Shown: piece after piece, positions 55,093-64,000 of the stretch | How positions within the stretch are numbered: the stretch's first letter is position 1 | Layout of the letters: every line of letters begins with the position of its first letter | Source of the DNA: Candidatus Moraniibacteriota bacterium | GTDB taxonomy: Bacteria; Patescibacteriota; Minisyncoccia; Moranbacterales; DUUL01 | Direction: 5' to 3' | Length of the DNA stretch: 64,000 bases | Assembly (NCBI GenBank): GCA_027008775.1 | Contig: JALVDV010000006.1 | Coordinates: 13,551-77,550 of the forward strand | The notes under the pieces: model-generated | Database searches by the model: none | What the model was told of the DNA's origin: nothing | The model's input: only the letters and a program-made list of their open reading frames with translations | Program-made: the position numbers and the translations under genes

Positions 55093-56743
55093 ATTTATCG
55101 GGTTTTTTTGGACTTTATTTTTAGAAAATAAAACGTTAGAAAAAATATTGATGGGTAAATTAAGCAGGGGTTTTATACAAGAATATAAAATTAAAAAATC
55201 TGTTTTAGAAAATCAAACTCCCGAGCAAAAGCGTGGGAGCGGAGATTTTGAGTTGCCGGGAGATGATTGGCGAGAAAAAATCAATAGTTTAAAGGAGGCC
55301 GTTAAAAATGGGCGGGAAAAATTGCGGGGATTAAAAGATGGATTAAATGCTAAAATAGGGAAACAGATTTCTGTTAGAAGAATAGACAATGGGGCTGATT
55401 ATGATAAAACAGAAATTGACTGGAGTGACAATAAAGAGAAAGTTGATGAAAGTCGGCGAAAATTTTTAAAATGGGCCGGCGGAGCGGCGTTGGCCGGTTT
55501 ATCTTCCGGAATGGCGGCTGAAATATTGTTTGATTTGGCTAAGGAACAGGAATTAAGAGAGAAACGATTGAGGAAGGGGAAAAAAACGGTAGGGCAGAAA
55601 AATAAAACCGCTCTACCGAAGGAAGGGGAGAGTGAGTTGAAAATTGAAAAAGGAGAAAAAGCCGATTTTGAGGTGGTTGAGGATATTTTAATAGAACAAT
55701 TTGAGAAGACGGGAGAAATTGTTCTTAACCGTGAAACGAAGGCGGAAATCAGAAGATATTGGCGAAAACAATACGAGAAAGGCGGACGACAACATCGCGG
55801 TTTATTGCAGGCGCTAGAAAGAATGAAGTATTGGTTTTTTGATATCAAACAAGAGTTCAAAAAAGTGGCCAGGGAAACCGGTGTAAATATTCCGGAAAAA
55901 TTAATTTATTTGGCTATTCCCGAGTCTCATTGCAAGATAGAAGCCAAATCATCAGCTTGCGCCGGCGGTTTTTATCAGTTAACCAAGCTGGCGGCTTGTG
56001 ACAGAAGTCTTGGAAAATGCTTGCTTGTGGATAAAAACATTGATGAGCGTTTTGATCCGGTACAAAACGGGCGAAGGGCGGCGGAGCTTTTAGCCAATTG
56101 GTACAAGCAGATTAAGACACCTTATATAAGTGAAGAGGGAGCTTGGATATTGGTTTTAACGCGTTATAATGGTGGCTATTTTAATAAGTTTTTGAAATAT
56201 GTTGGCGCAGATAAAGAGTTGATTAACTACGACAATTATTTAAGATTTAGGGAAGGTCGTCTAAATGATTTTTTACAAAAGACTTTTGATAGAGGTTATT
56301 TTGAAACAAGGGTTCGTAAAGGTGATACTTTGTGGAAGTTGGCTCGGAGATTTAGAAAGTCGGTGGCGGACATTAAGCGAATCAATGGGTTGAAGACGGA
56401 CGTTGTTAAAAAGGGTGACTTAATAAAGATACCGGTAAAAAAGGAGAAGAGAGATTTGCGATTTTTGTTTAAGACTTATTTAAAGTCGTCTATGGAAAAC
56501 TTAAATTATCCGGAGAAGTTTTTGGCGATTTTGGAAGTGATGGAGAAGGAGGGATTGTTTTTAAGTGAACGGAAAATTGGCAGGAGAATTAGGCGAATTT
56601 CCGGAGGAGGTTTGAGTTTGAGGAAACATAGTCAAAGATTAAGAATTCCTCTGTCTCAATTGCGGGAATTAAATAAACATATTTTAGATCCAAAGAAGCC
56701 AATACCAAAAAATGTGGAAATAAATATTCCCTTAAAATCTTAA
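55082..56743 (+). CDS. lytic transglycosylase (SLT domain) with a C-terminal LysM domain
   Basis: SLT catalytic motif IPESHCKIEAKSSACAGGFYQLT is present. LysM reads VRKGDTLWKLARRFRKSVADIKRINGL...GDLIKIP. An internal RRKFLKWAGGAALAGL Tat-like segment sits near residue 125. Confidence 0.6.
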   Translation: MAIRFIGFFWTLFLENKTLEKILMGKLSRGFIQEYKIKKSVLENQTPEQKRGSGDFELPGDDWREKINSLKEAVKNGREKLRGLKDGLNAKIGKQISVRRIDNGADYDKTEIDWSDNKEKVDESRRKFLKWAGGAALAGLSSGMAAEILFDLAKEQELREKRLRKGKKTVGQKNKTALPKEGESELKIEKGEKADFEVVEDILIEQFEKTGEIVLNRETKAEIRRYWRKQYEKGGRQHRGLLQALERMKYWFFDIKQEFKKVARETGVNIPEKLIYLAIPESHCKIEAKSSACAGGFYQLTKLAACDRSLGKCLLVDKNIDERFDPVQNGRRAAELLANWYKQIKTPYISEEGAWILVLTRYNGGYFNKFLKYVGADKELINYDNYLRFREGRLNDFLQKTFDRGYFETRVRKGDTLWKLARRFRKSVADIKRINGLKTDVVKKGDLIKIPVKKEKRDLRFLFKTYLKSSMENLNYPEKFLAILEVMEKEGLFLSERKIGRRIRRISGGGLSLRKHSQRLRIPLSQLRELNKHILDPKKPIPKNVEINIPLKS

Positions 56744-56751
56744 AATAAAAG

Positions 56752-57849
56752 ATGGAACTGGCGGTAATCATTGTTAACTGGAACGGCAGGGAGTTGCTGG
56801 AGGCTTGTCTGTCTTCCCTACAAGAACAAGTTTATTCTGATTTTGGGGTTGTTTTGGTTGACAATGGTTCCGTTGACGGTTCGCTGGAATTTTTGAAGAA
56901 TAATTTTCCGGAAGTTGAAGTTATTGCTTTGTCGGAAAATACCGGTTTTGCTAAAGCAAATAATATTGGTATTAGTTTTGCTTTTGATGTCTGGGGGGTT
57001 GATGGTGTTGTCCTGCTGAATAATGATACAACGGTGGAAAAAGATTTTCTGAGAGAGCTGGTTGATTTTTGGAAGGAGGCTTTAGGAAAAAACAGAAAAC
57101 GAGTTGGGGCTTTGGCGCCAAAAATTTTACTTCAACAAAAAGAGGGTAATCGGCGGGTTGTTGACGCAGTGGGGACGACGGTTTCTTTAGAAGGGTTGGG
57201 GTACAATATTGGTAATGGTGAAATTGATAATGGTCAATATGATAAAAGTCGGGAAGTTTTTGGTTTTTGCGGAGCGGCAGCTTTGTTGACAAAAAAGATG
57301 ATGGAAGATGTTTTGTTGTTTGACGATTATCGGGAGGTTTTTCTGAAAGATGGAGGCAAGTTGCGCTACAAAAATTATTTTGCCGATAATTTTTTTGCTT
57401 ATTACGAGGACACGGATTTGAATTGTCGTTTGCGCTTGCGGGGGTGGCAGGTTTGGGCTGTACCACGGGCGGTTGTTTATCACATTCATTCGGCGACGGC
57501 CAGTCCTTTTTCTTTGTTTAAGGCTTATTATTTGAATAAGAATCGTTTTTTAATGATATTTAGAAATTGTCCAAAGGGGCTTTTAAAAAAGACCCTGGAG
57601 ATGGTCCCTCAGAGTTATCTTTCTCTTTTAAAAACAAAGAAGGGAAAAAATTATTTGGAAGGTGGCGCCGAGAAGAGTTTCTGGCAAAAATCGGGGCGAC
57701 GTCTAGCTATGGTTGTGGTTTTATTTCGGGTTTTTTTGGCTTTATTGGTGAGGATGCCGATTATTTGGCGAGAAAGGCAAATTATCCAAAAAAGGGCTAC
57801 CGTAACAAGTGAGAAATTTGGGCTGATGTTATCGGGCAGGTTTGATTGA
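56752..57849 (+). CDS. glycosyltransferase family 2 (rhamnosyltransferase-like)
   Basis: AVIIVNWNGRELL ... VVLVDNGSVDGS ... DxD-type motif. Confidence 0.7.
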   Translation: MELAVIIVNWNGRELLEACLSSLQEQVYSDFGVVLVDNGSVDGSLEFLKNNFPEVEVIALSENTGFAKANNIGISFAFDVWGVDGVVLLNNDTTVEKDFLRELVDFWKEALGKNRKRVGALAPKILLQQKEGNRRVVDAVGTTVSLEGLGYNIGNGEIDNGQYDKSREVFGFCGAAALLTKKMMEDVLLFDDYREVFLKDGGKLRYKNYFADNFFAYYEDTDLNCRLRLRGWQVWAVPRAVVYHIHSATASPFSLFKAYYLNKNRFLMIFRNCPKGLLKKTLEMVPQSYLSLLKTKKGKNYLEGGAEKSFWQKSGRRLAMVVVLFRVFLALLVRMPIIWRERQIIQKRATVTSEKFGLMLSGRFD

Positions 57850-57900
57850 AAGGTTTGGGAAGCGATGCTATATTGAAGTTGTATTTAATCTGTTTTTTTC

Positions 57901-59103
57901 TTGTTGAAAATGAAAAGTTTATTGATAAAAATGGGTAAAGTGAAGGCAGTAATGGAACAAGAAGGGTGGCGGAGAGGTTTGGGAAATGTTTCGGGCAAAT
58001 TGTTTAAGTTACTCAAGAGTTTTTGTCGTTGGCAGGGAGGAGACATAGTTTTTATAGCCGCCGGTTTGGGAGATGCCGCTTTGTACAGAACCGATCATAT
58101 AGCAGAGGAGTTAAATTTTTATGGGTTTAGGGCGGTTGTTCTTTACAAGGACGATCCTTTTTTGATGCAAAAAATCAAGAGGTTCAAAATAGTGATTTTT
58201 CATCGGGTGACCGAAGACGGAAAGGTGAAAAAAATATTATCCCAACTTAAAAGGAGGAGGCAAGTTTTTATTTATGATACGGATGATTTGGTTTTTGATT
58301 TGGAGCTTTTTAAACAAACGGATGCTTACAAGAATTTTAATGATTGGCAAAAGAAACAGTATGAAAAAAGCGTCGGTCTGGGTATTTTGAAAAATAAGGA
58401 GTTGGCGGGTATAACTACGCCGACTTCTTTTTTGGCAGGTAAATTAAAGCGTTTTGGAAAGCCGGTTTTTGTGGTGAAAAACAAGCTTTCGCAACAAGAT
58501 TTGGAATGGAGTTGGCAGGCGCGAAAAATTTACTTGAAGAGAGCGGAGGGCGCAAATAAAGAGGTACGGTTGGGTTATTTTAGCGGAAGCATCACTCACA
58601 ATCGTGATTTTGCCACAATTATTCCGGCTTTAACGAGTATTCTTTCCAAGCGAAAGAATGTTTTTTTGTATCTGGTCGGTTATTTGGATTTGGTTGATGA
58701 TGAATTTTACAATTGTTTTGTTGGACAAATTAGGCGGTTGCCATTTGTTAGTCGGAGAAAACATTTTCAAAATATCGCTCAGGTGGACATAAATCTGGCC
58801 CCCCTGGAGATGAATGATTATTGTCAGGCCAAATCGGAGTTGAAATTTGTGGAGGCGGGAGTGGTGGGCGTGCCCACGGTGGCCGTAAGAAATCAAACTT
58901 TTTCAGAGGCGATTGACGATGGAAAAACCGGTCTGTTGGCCGGTAACACCGAGGAGTGGAGGGAGCAGTTGGAAAAATTAATTTGTGATGGAGAATATAG
59001 GAGAACGGTGGGAGAAAATGCTAGACAATTGGTGTTGAAGAAATACTTGACTACCAGTGGTGATAATAGAGATTATTATCGTTTTCTGGAAAAACATTTG
59101 TGA
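57901..59103 (+). CDS. glycosyltransferase family 1 (GT-B, GT4-like)
   Basis: The C-terminal E..GVVGVPTVAVRN...DGKTGLL matches the GT1 donor-binding motif. Confidence 0.6.
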   Translation: MLKMKSLLIKMGKVKAVMEQEGWRRGLGNVSGKLFKLLKSFCRWQGGDIVFIAAGLGDAALYRTDHIAEELNFYGFRAVVLYKDDPFLMQKIKRFKIVIFHRVTEDGKVKKILSQLKRRRQVFIYDTDDLVFDLELFKQTDAYKNFNDWQKKQYEKSVGLGILKNKELAGITTPTSFLAGKLKRFGKPVFVVKNKLSQQDLEWSWQARKIYLKRAEGANKEVRLGYFSGSITHNRDFATIIPALTSILSKRKNVFLYLVGYLDLVDDEFYNCFVGQIRRLPFVSRRKHFQNIAQVDINLAPLEMNDYCQAKSELKFVEAGVVGVPTVAVRNQTFSEAIDDGKTGLLAGNTEEWREQLEKLICDGEYRRTVGENARQLVLKKYLTTSGDNRDYYRFLEKHL

Positions 59104-59113
59104 AGTTTTTGTT

Positions 59114-60637
59114 ATGTTTATGAAAATTGGAAAATATAGATTGGTCTTGGTGGTTATAATTTTGTCCTTTTTGACCAGGGGCTTTTTTTTGGCGACTGTC
59201 TTTCCAATTTTTAAGGGACAAGATGAATCTCGTCATTACAATACGGTGCAATATTTGGCTGGTGCTGATAAGTGTGAAAGAACTCTGAAAAACAAGGAGG
59301 AGTTTGATTTATATCTTAAAAATGAGCAAAAGAAAGATGATTTGAGCACTTACAGATATTCGGAAGAAATCAAGGCGACGGCTAAAAATAGCCAAAGCAC
59401 GGTGATTAGAGGAAAATATTATGAAAAGTTTTTGTTTACGGATGATTTGGATGGAATGGGGGAGCGCGAATTTAAAAAGAGGAGTTTTTCCAAAAGACAG
59501 GCTGTCTGTCCGCCGGATTTGGCGACTAATTTTTTAGCCAAGGATCATTTGGGAATATATCATCGGGCGATGGCTAAGGTAGAACAATTGTTAGGGCAAC
59601 AAAATATTTTTGTCAGGTATTATGCTTTGAGGTTTTTGTCAGTTGTTTTGGGGTGTTTTATTTTGTTGTTTTTTTATTTGATGTTTCGGGAGGTTGGTTT
59701 TTCTGAAAAAATCAGTTTGTTGTTAACAGCTATTGTATCTTTTCAGCCAGGATTTGATATTTACTTAACCAATATTAATTATGATGTTTTTTTGATATTT
59801 TTCTGGGCGATTTTTATTTGGGAAGGATTAAGGGTCGTGAAGTATGGCTGGAGTTTAAAACGTATTCTGTTTTTATTAATTGTCGGATTTTTGGGAATTT
59901 TAACCAAACCAACCGCTTTGGCATTAATTCCAGTTTTTGTTTACTTATTAATACAAACATGGTTTACAAGGGCGAGTGTGAAAAAATTGGGAAAAGGTTG
60001 GATATTGCCAGTTAGCGCGATTGTTTTGTTTGGTGTCGGTTTGACATTTTTTGTGAGCGGAAAAATCGGATTTGATATTAAAAAGAATTTTTCATCTTTG
60101 TTTTTGTATTTGAGCAAGAGCCTGCCGAAAATTGATGGTTCATCCCGCAGTTATTGGGGGCTAATTGGTTGGGGGCAAAGCAACATTTCCTTGTATTTTG
60201 TTTGGTTGATTTGGCTATTAGAATGGTTGGCTTGGGGTGGGTTGCTTGTTTTTGCCCGGTTAGTTTTGACAAAGCAAAAATTTTCCGGAAAATTGAATCT
60301 GGTCAAGGATTATGCGAAGGCTAAATGGAAAATCTTTCTTTTTCTGTTGGTAACTATTTTAAGTTTACAAGTAACTGTCAGGTGGGCGGATTGGCGTGTT
60401 TTTGTGTATGGGGGAAAATTGTTGCTAGGGACACCGGGAAGATATTGGTTGCCGAATATGGCGGTTCATTTTGCCTTATTGGCTTTGGGTTGGCAGACAG
60501 TTTTATTGTTGTTGAGTCAAAATAAAAGTGAGGCCAAAAAGTGGTTGGAGATCTTTTTGTTGGGTTTGTTTTTCTTGTTGGCGGTTTATTGGTCTTATGA
60601 AGTCTTTGCGGTTATTATTCCCCGATTTTATTTTTAA
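59114..60637 (+). CDS. polytopic membrane protein, GT-C/ArnT-like glycosyltransferase (weak)
   Basis: About 11 TM helices with a large extracytoplasmic loop after TM1. The gene is adjacent to GT2/GT1 genes. Start is taken at the ATG after the GT1 stop. Confidence 0.4.
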   Translation: MFMKIGKYRLVLVVIILSFLTRGFFLATVFPIFKGQDESRHYNTVQYLAGADKCERTLKNKEEFDLYLKNEQKKDDLSTYRYSEEIKATAKNSQSTVIRGKYYEKFLFTDDLDGMGEREFKKRSFSKRQAVCPPDLATNFLAKDHLGIYHRAMAKVEQLLGQQNIFVRYYALRFLSVVLGCFILLFFYLMFREVGFSEKISLLLTAIVSFQPGFDIYLTNINYDVFLIFFWAIFIWEGLRVVKYGWSLKRILFLLIVGFLGILTKPTALALIPVFVYLLIQTWFTRASVKKLGKGWILPVSAIVLFGVGLTFFVSGKIGFDIKKNFSSLFLYLSKSLPKIDGSSRSYWGLIGWGQSNISLYFVWLIWLLEWLAWGGLLVFARLVLTKQKFSGKLNLVKDYAKAKWKIFLFLLVTILSLQVTVRWADWRVFVYGGKLLLGTPGRYWLPNMAVHFALLALGWQTVLLLLSQNKSEAKKWLEIFLLGLFFLLAVYWSYEVFAVIIPRFYF

Positions 60638-60646
60638 AGGTTAAGA

Positions 60647-61405
60647 ATGAAAGTTTTTTCATCAAGAAATTTTAACAAAATAAAATTATTCTTGTTGTTT
60701 GTTTTTGTGTTGGCAACGCTGGCTGTCGGTCTGACTTTCTGGCGACAATTTAGTTTTCCGGATTCTGATTATAAATTGGAAAAAGGGAGAAGGGTAGAAT
60801 TAGGAGGCGGTGATAGAGTGGAGCAAGTGTTTTGGGTTAGCCAAGACGGCTTGGCGGCGCTGGAGATCTTATTGTCGGGAATGTTGGAAAATGAAAATAC
60901 TAAACTGGAATTTTTTTTGAAGGATAGAAACTGTCAGCAAGTTTTGGCTAAGAGGGAAATTAAAGGAAAAAGAAGTTTTAACTCCAAATATCCTTATTTG
61001 TTTAATTTTCCGCGAATAAAACATTCCAAAAATAGGTATTTTTGTTTGGAGATTGAATTTACGTCTGAAAAATCTTCTAAAAAAAACAAAATAAGGTTTT
61101 TTGTAAACAATTGGTTTAAGGGGGATAATCAAAGGGATGAGCAAAATGGTGTTGAGAGAAAAGTTAAGGAAAGATTGCTTAAGCCCTACATTTTAAATGG
61201 TTCGTCGGAAAAGAATAAAAAAAAGCACTCAATATTCTTGAGGCCTCGTTATCGGAAAGTTGGTATTTGGCGGAATATAGATGAATTAAATAAAAGAATG
61301 TCGCAGTACAAACCTTGGTTTTTGAAAGGAAAATTTTTGTATTTATTGACAGGAGTAATGTTTGTTCTTCTTGTAGTAGAAGTTGGTCTGTTGCTGTTTC
61401 TGTGA
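60647..61405 (+). CDS. hypothetical membrane-anchored protein (N- and C-terminal TM)
   Basis: ORF only. Confidence 0.35.
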   Translation: MKVFSSRNFNKIKLFLLFVFVLATLAVGLTFWRQFSFPDSDYKLEKGRRVELGGGDRVEQVFWVSQDGLAALEILLSGMLENENTKLEFFLKDRNCQQVLAKREIKGKRSFNSKYPYLFNFPRIKHSKNRYFCLEIEFTSEKSSKKNKIRFFVNNWFKGDNQRDEQNGVERKVKERLLKPYILNGSSEKNKKKHSIFLRPRYRKVGIWRNIDELNKRMSQYKPWFLKGKFLYLLTGVMFVLLVVEVGLLLFL

Positions 61406-61514
61406 TGAAAGATTGTTGATGAAGTTTCGGAAATTTGTTCAAAATATTAAAGAATAATCAACAGTGACGATGTAAATTTTCCGTTGAATTTACTTTTGAT
61501 ACCTTTGTTTTGGG

Positions 61515-62072
61515 TTAGGCTCTCTCAGTATATTCTTTGGTGTTGGTGTTGATAACAATCTTGTCTCCTTTTTTGATGAACAAAGGGGTATTTATTTTGG
61601 CGCCGGTTTCAATAGTCACTTGCTTGGAGCCACCGTCAGCGGTGTTACCTTTGACGGCCGGTGGAGCTTCCACTACTTCAAAAACCATTTTTATTGGCAG
61701 TTCAATGTTGATGGGGCTGTTTTGAAAATAAAGAATGTTAATCTCGGTGTTTTCTTTGAGAAACTCGGCTTGCTCGCCGATTATTTCTTTGTCCAGAGCG
61801 AATTGTTCATAGGATTCATTATCCATAAAATAAAAGCTGTTGTCGTCGCTGTAGAGATATTGGGCTTTTTTGCTTTCAATTTCTGCCTCCTCTACCTTGT
61901 CGGAACCCTGGAAGGTTTTGTTGAGGATGGCGCCGGTTTGCAAGTTTTTTAACTTTGTTCGCAAAACCGCCCCCATGCGACCGATTTTGGAGTGTTGAGC
62001 GGTCATCACTTGGTAGGGTTGATTATCAACGATTATTTTTTTGCCGGCTTTAATCTCTGAAAGTGATAACAT
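61515..62072 (-). CDS. efp: elongation factor P
   Basis: SLSEIKAGKKIIVDNQPYQVM ... KIGRMGAVLRTKLKNLQTG match the EF-P KOW/OB domains. Confidence 0.9.
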   Translation of the reverse strand: MLSLSEIKAGKKIIVDNQPYQVMTAQHSKIGRMGAVLRTKLKNLQTGAILNKTFQGSDKVEEAEIESKKAQYLYSDDNSFYFMDNESYEQFALDKEIIGEQAEFLKENTEINILYFQNSPINIELPIKMVFEVVEAPPAVKGNTADGGSKQVTIETGAKINTPLFIKKGDKIVINTNTKEYTERA

Positions 62073-62094
62073 TTTTTTCGTAATTAGGAACAGA

Positions 62095-62331
62095 TTATCG
62101 GGCTACGAAAGGGAGGAGGCCAATGATGCGAGATCTTTTGATAGCTTTGGCAAGTGTTCTTTGATGTTTGGAACAAGTGCCGGTTCTTTTGCGAGGAATT
62201 ATTTTGCCAACGGTATTGATGTATTGTCTGAGCAAGATAACATCTTTGTAGTCAACTAAATCAATGTTGTTGGTGCAAAAGTAGCAGGTGCTACCGACAT
62301 TTTTATTGCTTGATTTTTTTGGTTTATTCAT
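62095..62331 (-). CDS. rpsR: 30S ribosomal protein S18
   Basis: CYFCTNNIDLVDYKDVILLRQYINTVGKIIPRKRTGTCSKHQRTLAKAIKRSRIIGLLPF. Start is taken at the internal ATG (62331), which avoids overlap with ssb. Confidence 0.85.
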   Translation of the reverse strand: MNKPKKSSNKNVGSTCYFCTNNIDLVDYKDVILLRQYINTVGKIIPRKRTGTCSKHQRTLAKAIKRSRIIGLLPFVAR

Positions 62332-62356
62332 AGTACGATGTTTTAATTCTAAAAAA

Positions 62357-62854
62357 CTAAAAAGGAATATCTTCAACTTTGATTTCTTCCTGGTCGTCGT
62401 CAATGTCTATAGTGGGGATTTCTTCTTCAGCCGGAATTTCCGGTTCATTGTTGGTTTGATTGTCGGTTTGACCAGCGTTGTTGTTTGTTTGAGTTGTTTG
62501 ACTGTTGGTTGTGGTGACATCGCCGGGCGCTCCCAGAAGAATGATATTTTCCGCGACGACTTCAGTCCAATATTTTTTTTGACCATCTTGTCCATCGTAA
62601 CTGCGGTGAGTTAGGCGTCCCTCCAGGTAGATTTTTTTACCCTTGCCGGCATACTTGGTGATTACATCGCCGAGAGGTCCCCAGGCAACAATATTGTGAA
62701 ATTGGGCATCCTCTTTTAATTCGCCGGTTTGTTTATCTTTCCAACGGCGATTAGTGGCCATACGAAAACTGGTGACATTTTGTCCGCTGGGAGTTGATTT
62801 TGTTTCCGGGTCACTGACAATATTGCCAATGAACATTACTTTGTTAAGATCCAT
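62357..62854 (-). CDS. ssb: single-stranded DNA-binding protein
   Basis: The OB fold reads NKVMFIGNIVSDPETK...NIVAWGPLGDV. A Gly/Gln/Asn-rich linker follows, and the acidic tail is ...DIDDDQEEIKVEDIPF. Confidence 0.9.
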   Translation of the reverse strand: MDLNKVMFIGNIVSDPETKSTPSGQNVTSFRMATNRRWKDKQTGELKEDAQFHNIVAWGPLGDVITKYAGKGKKIYLEGRLTHRSYDGQDGQKKYWTEVVAENIILLGAPGDVTTTNSQTTQTNNNAGQTDNQTNNEPEIPAEEEIPTIDIDDDQEEIKVEDIPF

Positions 62855-62943
62855 AGTTTTGTTGGTTGCGGGTATTTGTTAAGCGCAACCAGAAGTTAAT
62901 TTATTATTGATTTTGTGTTGACCAGGCACAAAATGGCAGATTG

Positions 62944-63606
62944 TTAATTGTCCAAAATTTCGTCTAATTTTTTGTCCAGATCTTCAATAGAGATTTCTTC
63001 TTCTTTATTCTTTTCTTTTTTCTCTTTAGCGCTTGTTTCTTTTTTCTCTTTTTTGTCAGCGGAAATTTTCTTCTCTTCCTTCTTTTCTTTTTTGTGGGTA
63101 CTAGTTTCTTTATCTTTTTCCGCGGTTTTATCTTTGTCTTCTCCGGTTATTTTCTCTTTCAAATTTCTGATTTTGTCCAAAACACCGCTTTTTTTGGTTT
63201 CCTTTTCTAATTCATTTAGGACATCTTTTTTACTTTTTGTGGACTGAGCGTTTATTTCGGCAACTGAAGATTCTTTCTTTTCACCAATCTTTTTTTCTAG
63301 AGCCGGCAATTCGTCGCTTCTGACGATGATGAAGCGAGCTACTCCCGCTTCCAAGTTTAAGGCATTGGTTAAATCTTTGATGTTTTCTTTTTCTTCCAAA
63401 TCAAAGCGGTAGACGGTGTAGAAGCCGTAACGTTCGTGTTTGATTTCGTAAGCCAATTTTCTTTTTTGATAAAGAAGCTGGTCGGTAATTTTACCACCGA
63501 ATTTTTCAATAATTTTTTTTACCTTTTCACGCAAGTTATCCAGCTTTTCCGTTTGGGATTGAAGAATAAGAAAATTAATTTCGTAATTGGTAGCATTGTT
63601 GTTCAT
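62944..63606 (-). CDS. rpsF: 30S ribosomal protein S6 with a long K/E-rich C-terminal extension
   Basis: YEINFLIL...LAYEI...GFYTVYRF is the S6 core. It is followed by about 110 aa of a Lys/Glu-rich tail. Confidence 0.8.
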   Translation of the reverse strand: MNNNATNYEINFLILQSQTEKLDNLREKVKKIIEKFGGKITDQLLYQKRKLAYEIKHERYGFYTVYRFDLEEKENIKDLTNALNLEAGVARFIIVRSDELPALEKKIGEKKESSVAEINAQSTKSKKDVLNELEKETKKSGVLDKIRNLKEKITGEDKDKTAEKDKETSTHKKEKKEEKKISADKKEKKETSAKEKKEKNKEEEISIEDLDKKLDEILDN

Positions 63607-63844
63607 AAAATTTTGTTTACTTGTTTTACCATTTTAATAAATTAAAATCCATTTGCCAATGGCAAAAATGGAACGGTTGATTTCTTGGTTCCAATGGTTG
63701 GACGAGAAATCATTCGGACTTTTGGTTTGTCTGCGTTATCTTACTAAATAAACAGCCCCTTGTCAATAGTTGTTTGCGGGGGTAAGATGAAATAAGAGAG
63801 CGATTAAGGGGTTGGATAATAAATATTGAATTTAGACAGTTTTT

Positions 63845-64000
63845 ATGAAGAAAAAAGGGATGGTTAAAACCGAGAAGGAAATTGCTTTATTGCGAGAAGG
63901 CGGAAAGATTTTGCGAGAGACTTTGCAAGCTGTGAAAGATTTGGCTTTGGAGGGAATAAGGCGAGAGGTGCCCAGTGAGGAATTGAACAAATTGGCAATT
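63845..64000 (+). CDS. map: probable methionine aminopeptidase, N-terminal fragment (continues beyond the window)
   Basis: The open frame MKKKGMVKTEKEIALLREGGKILRETL... resembles the MetAP N-terminus (IKTPEEIEKMR.AG). Confidence 0.4.
   Translation, partial: MKKKGMVKTEKEIALLREGGKILRETLQAVKDLALEGIRREVPSEELNKLAI

Noticed and set aside
62331-62403. Longer S18 start at 62403 (102 aa)
   Set aside because: That start would overlap the ssb stop by 47 nt and add an atypical 24-aa N-terminal extension. The internal ATG at 62331 gives a canonical-length S18.

Overview
This is a low-GC (~36-38%), gene-dense bacterial fragment. Its gene content points to a reduced-genome lineage such as Patescibacteria/CPR; that attribution is inference only.

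Housekeeping genes are prominent. They include the 3' end of dnaN, a DUF721/DciA-like gene, a CCA-adding enzyme, a tRNA-Met/Ile2(CAU)-Phe-Gly cluster, mscS, mutM, murB, hpf, pnp, metG, tatD, secA, galT, lepA, a family-4 UDG, efp, and an rpsF-ssb-rpsR operon. There are also several glycosyltransferases and two O-antigen-ligase-like genes.

Three regions are not ordinary core genome:
- At 12.2-28 kb there is a ~16-kb cluster built around a PrgI/VirB3-like protein, a VirB4 ATPase that reads as two ORFs, a VirB6/TrbL-like polytopic protein and a VirB2-like pilin candidate. It also carries a CPBP protease and several large secreted Cys-rich proteins with thrombospondin-type-3 repeats. No coupling protein or relaxase is present.
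- At 41.4-42.7 kb there is a sortase fused to TSP3 repeats.
- At 45.6-51.6 kb there is an accessory islet. It holds small membrane peptides, a minus-strand run of nucleotide-processing genes (NUDIX, a CYTH-domain protein, a nucleoside 2-deoxyribosyltransferase-like protein), a SemiSWEET gene with its own sigma70 promoter, and a CheD-like orphan. It is studded with GC-rich structured repeats that carry exact GTTAGGC/GCCTAAC heptamers reminiscent of integron attC core sites. The attC folding could not be confirmed by hand.

Three otherwise intact genes (VirB4, a TehA/TDT transporter, a CYTH protein) are each broken by a single-base frameshift inside a homopolymer run. No CRISPR array, rRNA gene or recognisable transposase was seen.
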